Positions 1 to 8,860 are shown, counted from the first letter of the stretch. The stretch is DNA of 30,650 nucleotides from Rhodospirillales bacterium (GCA_007131045.1 SLRI01000327.1:1-30650), one strand, 5' to 3'. Translations and numbers: made by a program. Notes: generated by a model not told the origin, from the sequence alone.

Positions 1-69
1 ATTCGGACACCGCGGTGTCGCGTGCCGGGCGAACCGGCTCCTGGCCACCGCCTACTCGGAGATGCCAAG

Positions 70-735
70 ATGGCGCAGGCTGCCGCCCGCATGCCGGCCG
101 AGCTTTCGGCCGACGATCTCTTCGACTACGCCAAGCTCGAGGCGTCGCCGCTGCTCACCGATCCCTACAACCACGTGCTGGTCGAGGATTTCGTCACCGG
201 GGCGGCGCAACCGCTGCTGATCCGCGACTACCCCGAGATTACGCGCCCGGGCAATGTCGAGCCGGGCGAAGTGCCGCAGGGGCCGACCTTCGATCTCTTG
301 CTCGAGGAGTTGAACGGCACCCGGTTTCGCGACGCGATCGGGGCCAAGTTCGGGCTCGACCTCAGCAAGACCGAGCCGACCATCGGCTTGCGCTCGCTGG
401 CCGAGGCGACCGACGGGCGGATCCATCACGATCATCGCTCGAAGCTGATCACGCTCCTGCTCTATTTCAACGAAAGCTGGGATGCGCCGGGCGGCAAGCT
501 CCGGATCTGCCGGAACGAGCACGACATCGAGGACTACACGACCGAGGTCGAGCCGGTCTCCGGCACGCTGATCGCCTTTCGCAACACGCCGACCTCCTGG
601 CACGGCCACAAGCAGCATGTCGGCGTGCGCCGAATGCTGCAGCTGAGCTTTCGCGACATGAGCGGGACCGTCGGGATCGAGCGCAAGATCTCGAAGGTCA
701 CCAAGCCCATTCGGCGCCTGCTCAACATGAGCTGA
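70..735 (+). CDS. 2OG-Fe(II) oxygenase superfamily protein
   Basis: HxD (RIHHD), then LITLLLYFN, GGKL, distal His (SWHGH) and RRMLQ. ATG at 70 has GGAG 8 nt upstream; the ORF track opens at 22. Confidence 0.8.
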   Translation: MAQAAARMPAELSADDLFDYAKLEASPLLTDPYNHVLVEDFVTGAAQPLLIRDYPEITRPGNVEPGEVPQGPTFDLLLEELNGTRFRDAIGAKFGLDLSKTEPTIGLRSLAEATDGRIHHDHRSKLITLLLYFNESWDAPGGKLRICRNEHDIEDYTTEVEPVSGTLIAFRNTPTSWHGHKQHVGVRRMLQLSFRDMSGTVGIERKISKVTKPIRRLLNMS

Positions 736-754
736 CGGGCGACGGCCGGGACGA

Positions 755-991
755 CTATGGGGTCATGGCAGCGCTCAGGTCGCCGCTGATCCAAGCCCAG
801 AGGCCGGTGGCGCTGTCACCGAAGGCGCTGAAGCTGCCGATGGCGATCAGCGCCATGAGGCCGCCCAGGATGGCGTATTCGACGGCGACGGCGGCGCCCT
901 CGTCGCTCATCAGGCGGGCGGCGAGGATGCGAGCTGCCGGCCGCCGCTTCGGCGGCAGCGCCGACATATCGGTGTTAGACGGCATTTGCAT
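755..991 (-). CDS. Flp/Fap family type IVb pilin
   Basis: Basic leader, then DEGA/AVAVEYAILGGLMALIAIG: Glu+5/Tyr+6 Flp motif followed by one hydrophobic helix. GAAGGA lies upstream of ATG 991. Start could be 985 or 967. Confidence 0.85.
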   Translation of the reverse strand: MQMPSNTDMSALPPKRRPAARILAARLMSDEGAAVAVEYAILGGLMALIAIGSFSAFGDSATGLWAWISGDLSAAMTP

Positions 992-1044
992 CGAATTCGA
1001 TCCTTCGGCACTGCATGCGCTGTCCCGAAGCTAGCGCCCTGGTC

Positions 1045-1059
1045 TTAAGAAATCGTTAA
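1045..1059. promoter_or_regulatory. CtrA binding site upstream of the pilin
   Basis: TTAA-GAAATCG-TTAA, an exact TTAA-N7-TTAA, 54 bp upstream of the pilin ATG. Confidence 0.85.
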
Positions 1060-2097
1060 AGCGGGCGAACCATCCGCGCGTGGCGGCGCCGGCTCGTCGC
1101 GTAGTGGTGCTGCGAGCGGGATCAGCAGCCCCGGCCCGGCGTCGTCCTCGTGCATCGTCTCGCTCAGCCGCCGCCGCCAAGCCCGCGCCCCGCGCTCGCC
1201 GTTGTAGAGGCCGAGCAGGTGGCGGGCTATGGCGCGCACCGGCGTGCCGTGGCGGGCCACCTCGGCCGCATGCGCCCGCATCGCGGCGAGGACGCAGGCC
1301 CGGTCCGGATCGGCGAAGCCCGGGTCCTGCAAGGCGCGGGTGAAAGCGGGCAGGCGATACGGGGTCTGGTAGGCCGCCCGGCCGATCATCACCCCGTCGA
1401 CCAGCTCGAGCGCTGCGGCGGCCGCTTCGGGCTCGGTGATGCCGCCGTTGAGCACGATCTCGAGGTCCGGCCGGCGCTGCTTCAGACGGGCGACCCGCGG
1501 GTGGTTCAAGGGCGGCACCTCGCGGTTCTGCTTGGGGCTCAGGCCTTTGAGCCAAGCCTTGCGAGCGTGGACGATGAACACCCGGCAGCCGGCCGCCGCC
1601 ACCCGGTCGACGAATCGGTCGAGAAAGGCCTCCTCGTCACTGTCGTCGATGCCGATCCGGCACTTGACCGTGACCGGCTTCGCGGTTGCGCCGCGCATCG
1701 CGGCGATGCACTCGGCGACGCGTGCCGGCTCGGCCATCAGGCAGGCGCCGAAGCGGCCGCTCTGCACCCGATCCGACGGACAGCCGCAATTGAGGTTGAT
1801 CTCGGCATAAGCCCAGGCCTCGGCGATCGCAGTGGCGCGGGCGAGCTCCTCGGGCTCGCTGCCGCCGAGCTGCAGCGCCACCGGACTCTCGCGCGGATCG
1901 AAGGCGAGAAAGCGCTCCGGGTCGTTGTGCAGGATGGCGCCGGTGGTGACCATCTCGGTGTAGAGCAGGGCCCGCGGTGCCAAGAGCCGGTGGAAGAACC
2001 GGCAATGGCGGTCGGTCCAGTCCATCATCGGGGCGATGGACAGGCGCCGGTCGAGCGGGGCGGGCGATGGCAAGATCTCGCTGGGCATGCCCGGCAT
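1045..2097 (-). CDS. dusA: tRNA dihydrouridine(20/20a) synthase DusA
   Basis: SIAPMMDWTDRHCR, LLYTEMV, QLGGS, EINLNCGCPSDRVQSGRFGACLM, VHARKAWLKGLSPKQNREVPPL, NGGI, GVMIGRAAY. Confidence 0.95.
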   Translation of the reverse strand: MPGMPSEILPSPAPLDRRLSIAPMMDWTDRHCRFFHRLLAPRALLYTEMVTTGAILHNDPERFLAFDPRESPVALQLGGSEPEELARATAIAEAWAYAEINLNCGCPSDRVQSGRFGACLMAEPARVAECIAAMRGATAKPVTVKCRIGIDDSDEEAFLDRFVDRVAAAGCRVFIVHARKAWLKGLSPKQNREVPPLNHPRVARLKQRRPDLEIVLNGGITEPEAAAAALELVDGVMIGRAAYQTPYRLPAFTRALQDPGFADPDRACVLAAMRAHAAEVARHGTPVRAIARHLLGLYNGERGARAWRRRLSETMHEDDAGPGLLIPLAAPLRDEPAPPRADGSPALTIS

Positions 2098-2125
2098 ATG
2101 GGGTTCCGGTAGCCGTGGTCGAGCC

Positions 2126-2272
2126 TCAGTCCTGCTGGCCCTCGTCCCGTTTCTTCTGCTGGTCCTGGGGCTTGGTCTGCTTCTTGAGCGCCCGCAGCTG
2201 CCAGATGCCGAAGGCGAGGACAGCGCCCATGATCAGCACCACCTCGATCAGGATGATCGGCAGGTTGCTCAA
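2126..2272 (-). CDS. Unannotated 48-aa single-pass membrane protein (MSNLPIILIEVVLIMGAVLAFGIWQLRALKKQTKPQDQQKKRDEGQQD)
   Basis: Hand-translated; shorter than any ORF in the track. TTG start overlaps the crtB TGA stop (TTGA). Host-like codons (CTG, ATC, GAG, CAG, AAG). About 21 hydrophobic residues followed by a basic tail. Confidence 0.7.
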   Translation of the reverse strand: MSNLPIILIEVVLIMGAVLAFGIWQLRALKKQTKPQDQQKKRDEGQQD

Positions 2273-3324
2273 GCCTGGGCTTCACTGAAGGGCTGGCGAC
2301 CCTGGCGGCGGGCTTCGGCAACGAACATCAGCTCGATCATCCGGCCGAAGCGGCGGCCTAGATCCCACCAGGGGATCTCCGGGCGCCGGTCGAGCGGCTG
2401 CCGGGCCACCGCGTCGACCAGGAACTGGGCGGCGGGCAGGGCAGGGGCGGTCTCGCTCCTGGCCAGGAGCGGTGCCTCGACGAAGGCCCGGCCGACCAGC
2501 CCGAGCTTGCGCCGACCAGGGACGACCGCACGGCGGGTCACCGAATCGTGGCCGGATCGCCTGACCTCGCGGCCGATCTCGGCATAGAGCTTGCCGGCGG
2601 CGCGCATTGCCGGACGACAGGCGAGCGGCAACTCGGCGATGCCGGGCGTGGCCCGTGCGTAGAGTTGATCGGCGGCTTCGAGCAGGCGTTCGATCACCGT
2701 GGCGAGACGGTGGTCGAAGCGGGGGCTGCGGATGAAGGCGTCGGGGTCGATGGCTGCCGCCAGAAGCCACTTGCGCGGCAGATAGAGCCGGCCGTTGGCG
2801 GCATCCTCGCCGACGTCGCGGGCGATGTTGGTGAGCTGCATGGCGATGCCGAGGTCGGTGGCGCGGGCCAGCGTGCGCGGCTCGCGGACCCCCATGATCA
2901 GCGTCATCATCGCACCCACGGTGCCGGCGACCCGGGTGGCGTAGGCCTCGAGGTCGGCGAGTTCGTGGTAGAGCCGGCCCTCGGCGTCCCAGCGCAGACC
3001 CTGGAGCAGGGCTTCCGGCAGCTGGCGCGGAATCACGAAGTGCTCGACCACCCGGGTGAAGGCGCGATCGGCCGGGTTGTCCAAGGGCTTGCCGGCATAG
3101 ACCGCGTGCAGGCGGGTCTCCAGCCGGGCAAGCGCAGCGAGGCGGTCGTCGCCGAGGTCGACCGCGTCGTCGGCGAGCCGGCAAAAGGCGTAGAGCGCAT
3201 AGGCCGGGTCCCGGACCTTGGGCGTCAACAGCAGGGAGGCGGCGTAGAAGCTCTTCGAGCCCACCTTGATCATCGCCCGGCACCGGGCGAGATCGTCGCG
3301 TTCGCGCGTTCTCGGATCAAGCAA
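2269..3324 (-). CDS. crtB: Phytoene synthase
   Basis: GSKSFYAAS, YAFCRLADDAVD, QLTNIARDVGEDA and GRLYLP motifs. TTG start with AAGGGG upstream; overlaps the crtI stop. Confidence 0.95.
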   Translation of the reverse strand: MLDPRTRERDDLARCRAMIKVGSKSFYAASLLLTPKVRDPAYALYAFCRLADDAVDLGDDRLAALARLETRLHAVYAGKPLDNPADRAFTRVVEHFVIPRQLPEALLQGLRWDAEGRLYHELADLEAYATRVAGTVGAMMTLIMGVREPRTLARATDLGIAMQLTNIARDVGEDAANGRLYLPRKWLLAAAIDPDAFIRSPRFDHRLATVIERLLEAADQLYARATPGIAELPLACRPAMRAAGKLYAEIGREVRRSGHDSVTRRAVVPGRRKLGLVGRAFVEAPLLARSETAPALPAAQFLVDAVARQPLDRRPEIPWWDLGRRFGRMIELMFVAEARRQGRQPFSEAQA

Positions 3325-4903
3325 GGGCAGCCCCCTTTTGTTTCAGGGCGTCGTCGCCGTGTGGGACGATGCTGTCGAGCACTCGGGCAGAGGAGAGGAC
3401 GCCCGGCAGACCGGCACCGGGGTGGGTGCCGGCACCGACGAGGTATAGGCCGTCGATGTCCTCGCTCTTGTTGTGCGGACGGAACCAGGCGCTCTGCGTC
3501 AGCACCGGCTCGAGACCGAAGGCTGCGCCTTTGTAGGAGGAGAGGCGGTGCTCGAAATCGTCGGGGGTGAGCATGGTCGAGGTGACGACGGCCTCCTTCA
3601 GCCCCGGCAGCATGGTGGCCTCGAGGTGGCGCTCGATCCGCTGGCGGAGCACCTCGGCCGTGACCTTCCAGTCGATGCCGCTGTCGTTGTGGGGCACCGG
3701 TGTGAGTACGTAGAATGCATCGCAGCCGTCCGGCGCCAGCGACGTGTCGGTCGCGGTCGGGCGGTGAAGATAGAGGCTGAAGTCGTCCGCCAGAATCTTC
3801 TTCTCGAAGATGTCGTGGAGCAGCGCCTCGTAGCGGGGGCCAAAGAGGATGGTGTGGTGCGGGACGTCCTCGAACCGCCGATTCGTGCCGAAATACCAGA
3901 CGAAGAGGCTCATCGAGTAGCGGGTCCGGGCGAGCTTCCTGTCGGTCCAGCGGCGGCGATGCTCGGGCTTGATCAGCTTCTTGTAGGTGGTGGCGGAATC
4001 GGCATTCGAGACGACGATGTCGGCCACGAGGGTTTCGCCCGATTCGAGCCTGACGCCTTTGGCCTTGCCGCTCTCGACCAGGATCTCGGCCACGCCCTGC
4101 TCGAGCCGGAGGCTGCCGCCCTGGCCCTCGATCAGGCCGACCATGCCGGTGACCAGCCGGCCGGTACCGCCCATCGCGAAATGCACGCCCCAGCGGCGTT
4201 CGAGAAAGCAGATGAGGCAGTAGATGGCGGACGCGGCGAACGGATTGCCGCCGACCAGGAGCGGGTGGTAGCTGAAAACGTGGCGCAGCCGCTCGTCCTT
4301 GATGTACCGGGCGACCAGGCCGTGCACACTCCGCCAGCTCTCGAGCCGGATGAGATCCGGGGCGATCTTCAGCATGTCGGCGAACGAGCCGAAGGGCACG
4401 TGGCCGAGCTCGACGAAGCCCTTTTCGAAGATCTTCTCGGAGTGCTCGAGGAAGCGCTCGTAGCCGGCGACGTCGTCGGGCGAGAAGCGGGCGACCTCGG
4501 CCCGCATCTGCTCCGGATCGCCCGTGTAGTCGAAGTGCTCGCCGTTGTCGAAGCGGATCCGGTAGAAGGGCGAGATCGCCCGGAGCTCGACGTCGTCTTC
4601 GAGCCGCTTGCCGCAGAGCTGCCAGAGCTCCTCGAACAGGAAGGGTGCTGTGATGATGGTCGGGCCGGCGTCGAAGGTGTAGCCGTCCTGCCGGTAGACA
4701 TAGGCCCGGCCGCCCGGGGCATCGAGCTTTTCCAGCACGGTCACCCGGTAGCCGCGGGCACCGAGGCGGATGGCGGCGGCGAGGCCGCCGAAGCCGCTGC
4801 CGATGACGACGGCGTGCGGGCGGTGATCCGCTGCGTGAGATGCGGCGGCATCGCCGCTCGCGGGCGGGCAGTCAGTCGGGCTGATTTCATCGAGTGTCAA
4901 CAT
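3317..4903 (-). CDS. crtI: Phytoene desaturase
   Basis: VIGSGFGGLAAA, PGGRAYV, FDAGPTIITAP, YSMSLFVWYFG, AAFGLEPVLTQSAWFRPHN, YLVGAGTHPGAGLPGV. Confidence 0.95.
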   Translation of the reverse strand: MLTLDEISPTDCPPASGDAAASHAADHRPHAVVIGSGFGGLAAAIRLGARGYRVTVLEKLDAPGGRAYVYRQDGYTFDAGPTIITAPFLFEELWQLCGKRLEDDVELRAISPFYRIRFDNGEHFDYTGDPEQMRAEVARFSPDDVAGYERFLEHSEKIFEKGFVELGHVPFGSFADMLKIAPDLIRLESWRSVHGLVARYIKDERLRHVFSYHPLLVGGNPFAASAIYCLICFLERRWGVHFAMGGTGRLVTGMVGLIEGQGGSLRLEQGVAEILVESGKAKGVRLESGETLVADIVVSNADSATTYKKLIKPEHRRRWTDRKLARTRYSMSLFVWYFGTNRRFEDVPHHTILFGPRYEALLHDIFEKKILADDFSLYLHRPTATDTSLAPDGCDAFYVLTPVPHNDSGIDWKVTAEVLRQRIERHLEATMLPGLKEAVVTSTMLTPDDFEHRLSSYKGAAFGLEPVLTQSAWFRPHNKSEDIDGLYLVGAGTHPGAGLPGVLSSARVLDSIVPHGDDALKQKGAALA

Positions 4904-4912
4904 TGCCTGACA
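4895..4912. promoter_or_regulatory. PpsR/CrtJ palindrome overlapping the crtI start codon
   Basis: TGTCAACATTGCCTGACA = TGT-N12-ACA with TGTCA...TGACA arms. Confidence 0.8.
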
Positions 4913-4958
4913 GTTGTAGCCCGAACTTTTGCGCGATGACCAGCCCTTTGCTGCGGCT

Positions 4959-5864
4959 TCAGGACGATTGCTGGTCCGGCTGCAGGCTTGGTGTCACGAC
5001 CGCCTCCTTTCGGATCAGGGCGGCGACGGCGGTCGGGTCCTCCTCGTGCGCGAGGTGGCCGAGGCGCTCGAGGGTGACGATGCGGGCGCCGGGCACCAAG
5101 GCCTGCACCCGGCGGGCGTTGGAGGGCGGGATGGTGCGATCGAAGGCGCCGACGACGAGCAAGAGGCGGCAGGCGAGCTTCGGCAGGTCGCGGGCGATCG
5201 GTGCCAGATCCCAGGCGGCCATCATGCCCAGCGCCCCCTGGACGTGGCGGTGGTCGGAGGCCAGACGGCCGTAGAGCGCCACGCCGGTGGGATCGAGGGT
5301 GGAGCCGGTATTGCCGACCAGGCGGTCGAGCACGGCGGGATCGCGGGCGCGGCGCGCGAACAGGCGGGGCACCAGGGGGTTGATCGCCATGAGCTGGGCT
5401 GCCGGACGGAAGACCTTGCCGGCAAAGCCGGTAAACGGCAGAAACGCGCCGTTCAGGCTGACCAGTGAGCCCGGTGCGATCAGACCGTCGAGGCACATGC
5501 GCACCAGGATCGCGGCCCCGGCCGAGTGTCCGGCGACGATGGCCGGGGCGACGTCGAGCACGTCGAGCAGCTGGCCCAGGCCCCTCGCCATGGCGGGCAG
5601 CGAGAGGCGGCGGAGTGCTTTGGGCTTGTCGGTGAAGCCGTGGCCCGGGAGGTCCATGGCGACGACGCGGAAATCCCGGGCGAGCAGCGGTGCGAGGTCG
5701 CGCCAGGAGTGGGTGGCGGCCCCGGTGCCGTGGACGAGAACGATGGTGGGCCCTTGCCCCATTTCCTGGACGTGCCAGTGGAGGCCGCCGGCGCGCACGA
5801 AGCGGCTCGCCTCGCGGTTCGGCCAATCCGGTCCCAGGCGATCGAAGGTCGGGTTTCGGTCCAC
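4959..5864 (-). CDS. bchO: Alpha/beta hydrolase BchO
   Basis: DWPNREASRFV, HWHVQEMG, HGTGAATHSW, GHSAG nucleophile elbow, GHLAHEE. Follows bchD as in purple bacteria. Confidence 0.9.
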   Translation of the reverse strand: MDRNPTFDRLGPDWPNREASRFVRAGGLHWHVQEMGQGPTIVLVHGTGAATHSWRDLAPLLARDFRVVAMDLPGHGFTDKPKALRRLSLPAMARGLGQLLDVLDVAPAIVAGHSAGAAILVRMCLDGLIAPGSLVSLNGAFLPFTGFAGKVFRPAAQLMAINPLVPRLFARRARDPAVLDRLVGNTGSTLDPTGVALYGRLASDHRHVQGALGMMAAWDLAPIARDLPKLACRLLLVVGAFDRTIPPSNARRVQALVPGARIVTLERLGHLAHEEDPTAVAALIRKEAVVTPSLQPDQQSS

Positions 5865-5868
5865 CCTG

Positions 5869-7725
5869 CTACCCGGTCGGGCGAAGGCTTGCTGTCCCCG
5901 CCTTGACGGCGTTGGACAAGGTCAGCGAGTCGGCTCGTGGCAGGGCCAAATAGCGCGCCGCCATGGCAGCGGCGAGCTCGCGCGCCTTGGGGCGGGGGCG
6001 TGGGCTGGTGTCGATGAAAAGCGTGGTGTGGCCGGCGAGCCGGAGCCGGGTGGCGGCCATGGTCGCATCGGCCTCGGCGGCGGGGCGGCCCGCGGTGCCG
6101 TCGCGGGCGATGTTGGCGCTGCCGTCGGCGAGCAGCACCAGGATCGGGGTCCGGCCCTTGCGGCTCACGGCATCAGCGAGGTCGGCCGCGGCCTCGAGCC
6201 CGGCGGCCAACGGTGTGCCGCCGCCGCCCGGTAATCCTGCGAGCGAGCGCTTGGCGCGGGTGAGCGACCGGGTGGGCGGCAGCAGGAGCTCGGCCGTCGT
6301 GCCGCGAAAGGTGATCAGCGCCACGGATTCGCGGCGGACGTAGCAGTCGGCGAGGAGCAGCTCGACCGCCCCCTTGGCTTCGGCGAGGCGATTGAAGGCG
6401 GTCGAGCCCGAGGCGTCGACGACGAAGACGACGGTGGTCTCCGTGCGCTGCTTGAAGCGGCTGATGCGGCAGTCGTCCGGGCGGACCTCGACCTTCTTGC
6501 CGGCGGCGAGCGGGCCGCGTTCACGGCGGCGGAGCGGCTGCCAGGGGGCGGCAGCGCGCAGCGTGTCGACGAGGGCCAGGCGCTGGCCGCCACGCGGCAG
6601 GCCGCGGCGGGTGCCGAGCGGGCGGCCGCGGGTGAGACTTTTCTGCACGGCACCGGCCTTGCCGGGCCCGCCGCCGCGGCGGTCGCGCCGCAGCTGGAGC
6701 TGGGCGAGCAGCCCGGGCGGGATGGCGGCAGCGGCGGCGGCGAGGACGAGATCGTCGAGGTCGGGCAGTTGGTCGGGCGGGCGCTGGTCGTCGCGCTCGT
6801 CCGGCGGCTCTTCGGTTGGCGCGTCGGGTGGCCCGTCGGGTGGTGGTGGCGGCTGCTCTTGTTCCGGTGGCGGCTGCTCATCGGCCTCGCTCTCGGGTGG
6901 CATCGGCAGCTGTGTGGCGCGCGGGGCGAGGACGAGCTCGGCCGCGAGCCGGGCCTCGGCCTCACCGACCGTCTCGGCACCGGTCAGCGCCGCGGCGGCG
7001 CGGGCGGCTCGGAGCGCGAAAAGGACGGCGCGGAGCGAATCGATGCCGAGGGCGACGGCGGTCGACGCCAGGGCCTCGGCCACGTCGTCGGCCATGCCGA
7101 CAGCGGCGAGACGGCGGCGGGCGGCGGCGACGGCGTCACTGCCCTCGGCCTCGATCACGGCTTCGGCCGGGACGGCATCGCTGGGTGCCACAGGAGCGAG
7201 GTCGAGACAGAAGGCGAGGCGGTCGAGCAGGGCCGCCGGCAGGCCCTCGTCTTCGTCGATGCCCTCGTCGAGGGCGACGACGCCGAAGCGGCCCGGGTGG
7301 GCCAGGGTCAGGCCGTCACGCTCGGCCCTGACCGCACCCTGGTCCATGGTGGCGGTGATCGCCGAGACGGTGGCGCTCGGCGCCCGCTCGGCCATCGCGA
7401 GGATCAGCACCCCACCATCGGCTGCGGCCAAGAGGCCCCGCTCGGCCACGGGCCGGCCGGCGGCGAGCGTGGCGGTGAGATCGAGGCCGCCGAGCAGACG
7501 GTCTTCGCCGACGTAGAGCGGCACGCGGCGGACGGGGGTCTCGCTCGGCAGGAGGCGGCGCAGGGCGCCGAGCCAGATGTCGCGGACGGGACCGGCCTGG
7601 GCGCGGAGCGCCACCCCGCCGAGCCCGTGCGGGTCGACGGCAAAGAGGCGGGCCGCCACCAGGGCCGCGTCGAACAGCCGGGCACCCGGTCGTGAATCGG
7701 TGGGCGGGCCGGCGGCCGCGGTCAC
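5869..7725 (-). CDS. bchD: Magnesium chelatase subunit D
   Basis: Degenerate AAA N-domain (RLLGGLDLTATL, GLLAAADGG, AMAER), acidic Pro-rich linker, vWA domain with MIDAS (VVDASGS, LPGGGGTPLA, DGSAN). GTG start overlaps the bchI stop. Confidence 0.95.
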   Translation of the reverse strand: MTAAAGPPTDSRPGARLFDAALVAARLFAVDPHGLGGVALRAQAGPVRDIWLGALRRLLPSETPVRRVPLYVGEDRLLGGLDLTATLAAGRPVAERGLLAAADGGVLILAMAERAPSATVSAITATMDQGAVRAERDGLTLAHPGRFGVVALDEGIDEDEGLPAALLDRLAFCLDLAPVAPSDAVPAEAVIEAEGSDAVAAARRRLAAVGMADDVAEALASTAVALGIDSLRAVLFALRAARAAAALTGAETVGEAEARLAAELVLAPRATQLPMPPESEADEQPPPEQEQPPPPPDGPPDAPTEEPPDERDDQRPPDQLPDLDDLVLAAAAAAIPPGLLAQLQLRRDRRGGGPGKAGAVQKSLTRGRPLGTRRGLPRGGQRLALVDTLRAAAPWQPLRRRERGPLAAGKKVEVRPDDCRISRFKQRTETTVVFVVDASGSTAFNRLAEAKGAVELLLADCYVRRESVALITFRGTTAELLLPPTRSLTRAKRSLAGLPGGGGTPLAAGLEAAADLADAVSRKGRTPILVLLADGSANIARDGTAGRPAAEADATMAATRLRLAGHTTLFIDTSPRPRPKARELAAAMAARYLALPRADSLTLSNAVKAGTASLRPTG

Positions 7726-8750
7726 GAGGCGAAGAGCTCCTCGATGGCGCGCTCGACCCGGACGGTGGAGCCGGCCTCGTCGAGCGGGTTGCGGCGCAGG
7801 CGGTGGCGAAGTGCCGTGGGCGCGACGCGCTTGAGGTGGCGGTCCTCGACGAGCTCGTCGCCGTCGAGGGCGGCCAAGGCCCGGGCGGCGCGGACCAGGG
7901 TGAGCTCGCCGCGGAGCCCGTCGGTGCCGAGCGCCATGCAGAGCCTGGCCGCGGTCTCCAGCGTGTGGTCAAAAACCTCGATCTCGCCCAGGCGCTCCTT
8001 GGCCTTGGCGAGCCGGCGGCGGAGCTTCGCCTCCTCCTTGGACCACTCTGCGGTGAAAGCCTCGGGGTGCCGCTCGAAGGCGTCGCGCCGGCGGACCACG
8101 TCGACGCGGGTGGCGAGGTCCTTGGGCGTCGTCACCTCGACCGAGAGGCCGAAGCGGTCGAGGAGTTGCGGGCGGAGTTCGCCTTCCTCGGGGTTGCCGC
8201 TGCCGACGAGCACGAAGCGGGCCTGGTGGCGGACGGAGAGGCCTTCGCGCTCGACCAGGTTCTCGCCCGAGGCGGCGACGTCGAGGAGGAGGTCGACCAG
8301 GTGGTCCTCGAGCAGGTTGGCCTCGTCGATATAGAGAAAGCCGCGATGCGCCTTGGCCAAGAGGCCGGGCTCGAAGGCTTTCTCGCCGTGGCTGAGCGCC
8401 CGCTCGAGATCGAGGGCGCCGACGACCCGGTCCTCGGTAGCACCGAGCGGCAGATCGACGACCGGCACGGCGACTTTCTGGCGTTTGGCCGGGCGCGGGC
8501 CCTCTTTGAGGTTGCAGCCGTCGGCGCAGGCGGCGGGTGGGGCGTTCGGGTCGCAGTTGTAGCGGCAGCCGGCGACGACCTCCATCGGCGGCAGGAGGGC
8601 GGCGAGTGCGCGGACGGCGGTGGATTTGCCGGTGCCGCGATCGCCGAAGACGAGGACCCCGCCGATTGCCGGCTCGATCGCGGCGATCAGGATGGCGGTC
8701 TTCATCTCGTCCTGGGCGACGATGGCCGAGAAGGGGAAGGCGAGCTTCAT
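7722..8750 (-). CDS. bchI: Magnesium chelatase ATPase subunit I
   Basis: FPFSAIVAQDEMK, Walker A GDRGTGKST, DLPLGATEDRVVG, FLYIDEANLL, SGNPEEGELRPQLLDRFG. Start placed at ATG 8750 because homology begins there. Confidence 0.95.
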   Translation of the reverse strand: MKLAFPFSAIVAQDEMKTAILIAAIEPAIGGVLVFGDRGTGKSTAVRALAALLPPMEVVAGCRYNCDPNAPPAACADGCNLKEGPRPAKRQKVAVPVVDLPLGATEDRVVGALDLERALSHGEKAFEPGLLAKAHRGFLYIDEANLLEDHLVDLLLDVAASGENLVEREGLSVRHQARFVLVGSGNPEEGELRPQLLDRFGLSVEVTTPKDLATRVDVVRRRDAFERHPEAFTAEWSKEEAKLRRRLAKAKERLGEIEVFDHTLETAARLCMALGTDGLRGELTLVRAARALAALDGDELVEDRHLKRVAPTALRHRLRRNPLDEAGSTVRVERAIEELFAS

Positions 8751-8842
8751 GCGGTGTCCGGGGCGTTGCTGGGCATGGGTTTTTTCAGTGCGCTCTGTTC
8801 TCGCGCGCGGCAGGGCCTTCCTTGACTCCCTCCAGGCCGGCG

Positions 8843-8860
8843 TGTCAACTTGGCTGGACA
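8843..8860. promoter_or_regulatory. PpsR/CrtJ palindrome in the bchI-idi divergent promoter
   Basis: TGTCAACTTGGCTGGACA = TGT-N12-ACA; first 7 nt identical to the crtI site. Confidence 0.8.

Noticed and set aside
6-19. Perfect 14-bp palindrome GACACCGCGGTGTC upstream of the oxygenase
   Set aside because: About five such palindromes are expected by chance in 30 kb at this composition (0.29^7 x 30650); the arm order is wrong for PpsR, and context is lost at the window edge.
6780-6905. Direct repeats (GGTGGCGGCTGCTC twice) and Pro/acidic runs in bchD
   Set aside because: This is the normal BchD proline-rich acidic linker.
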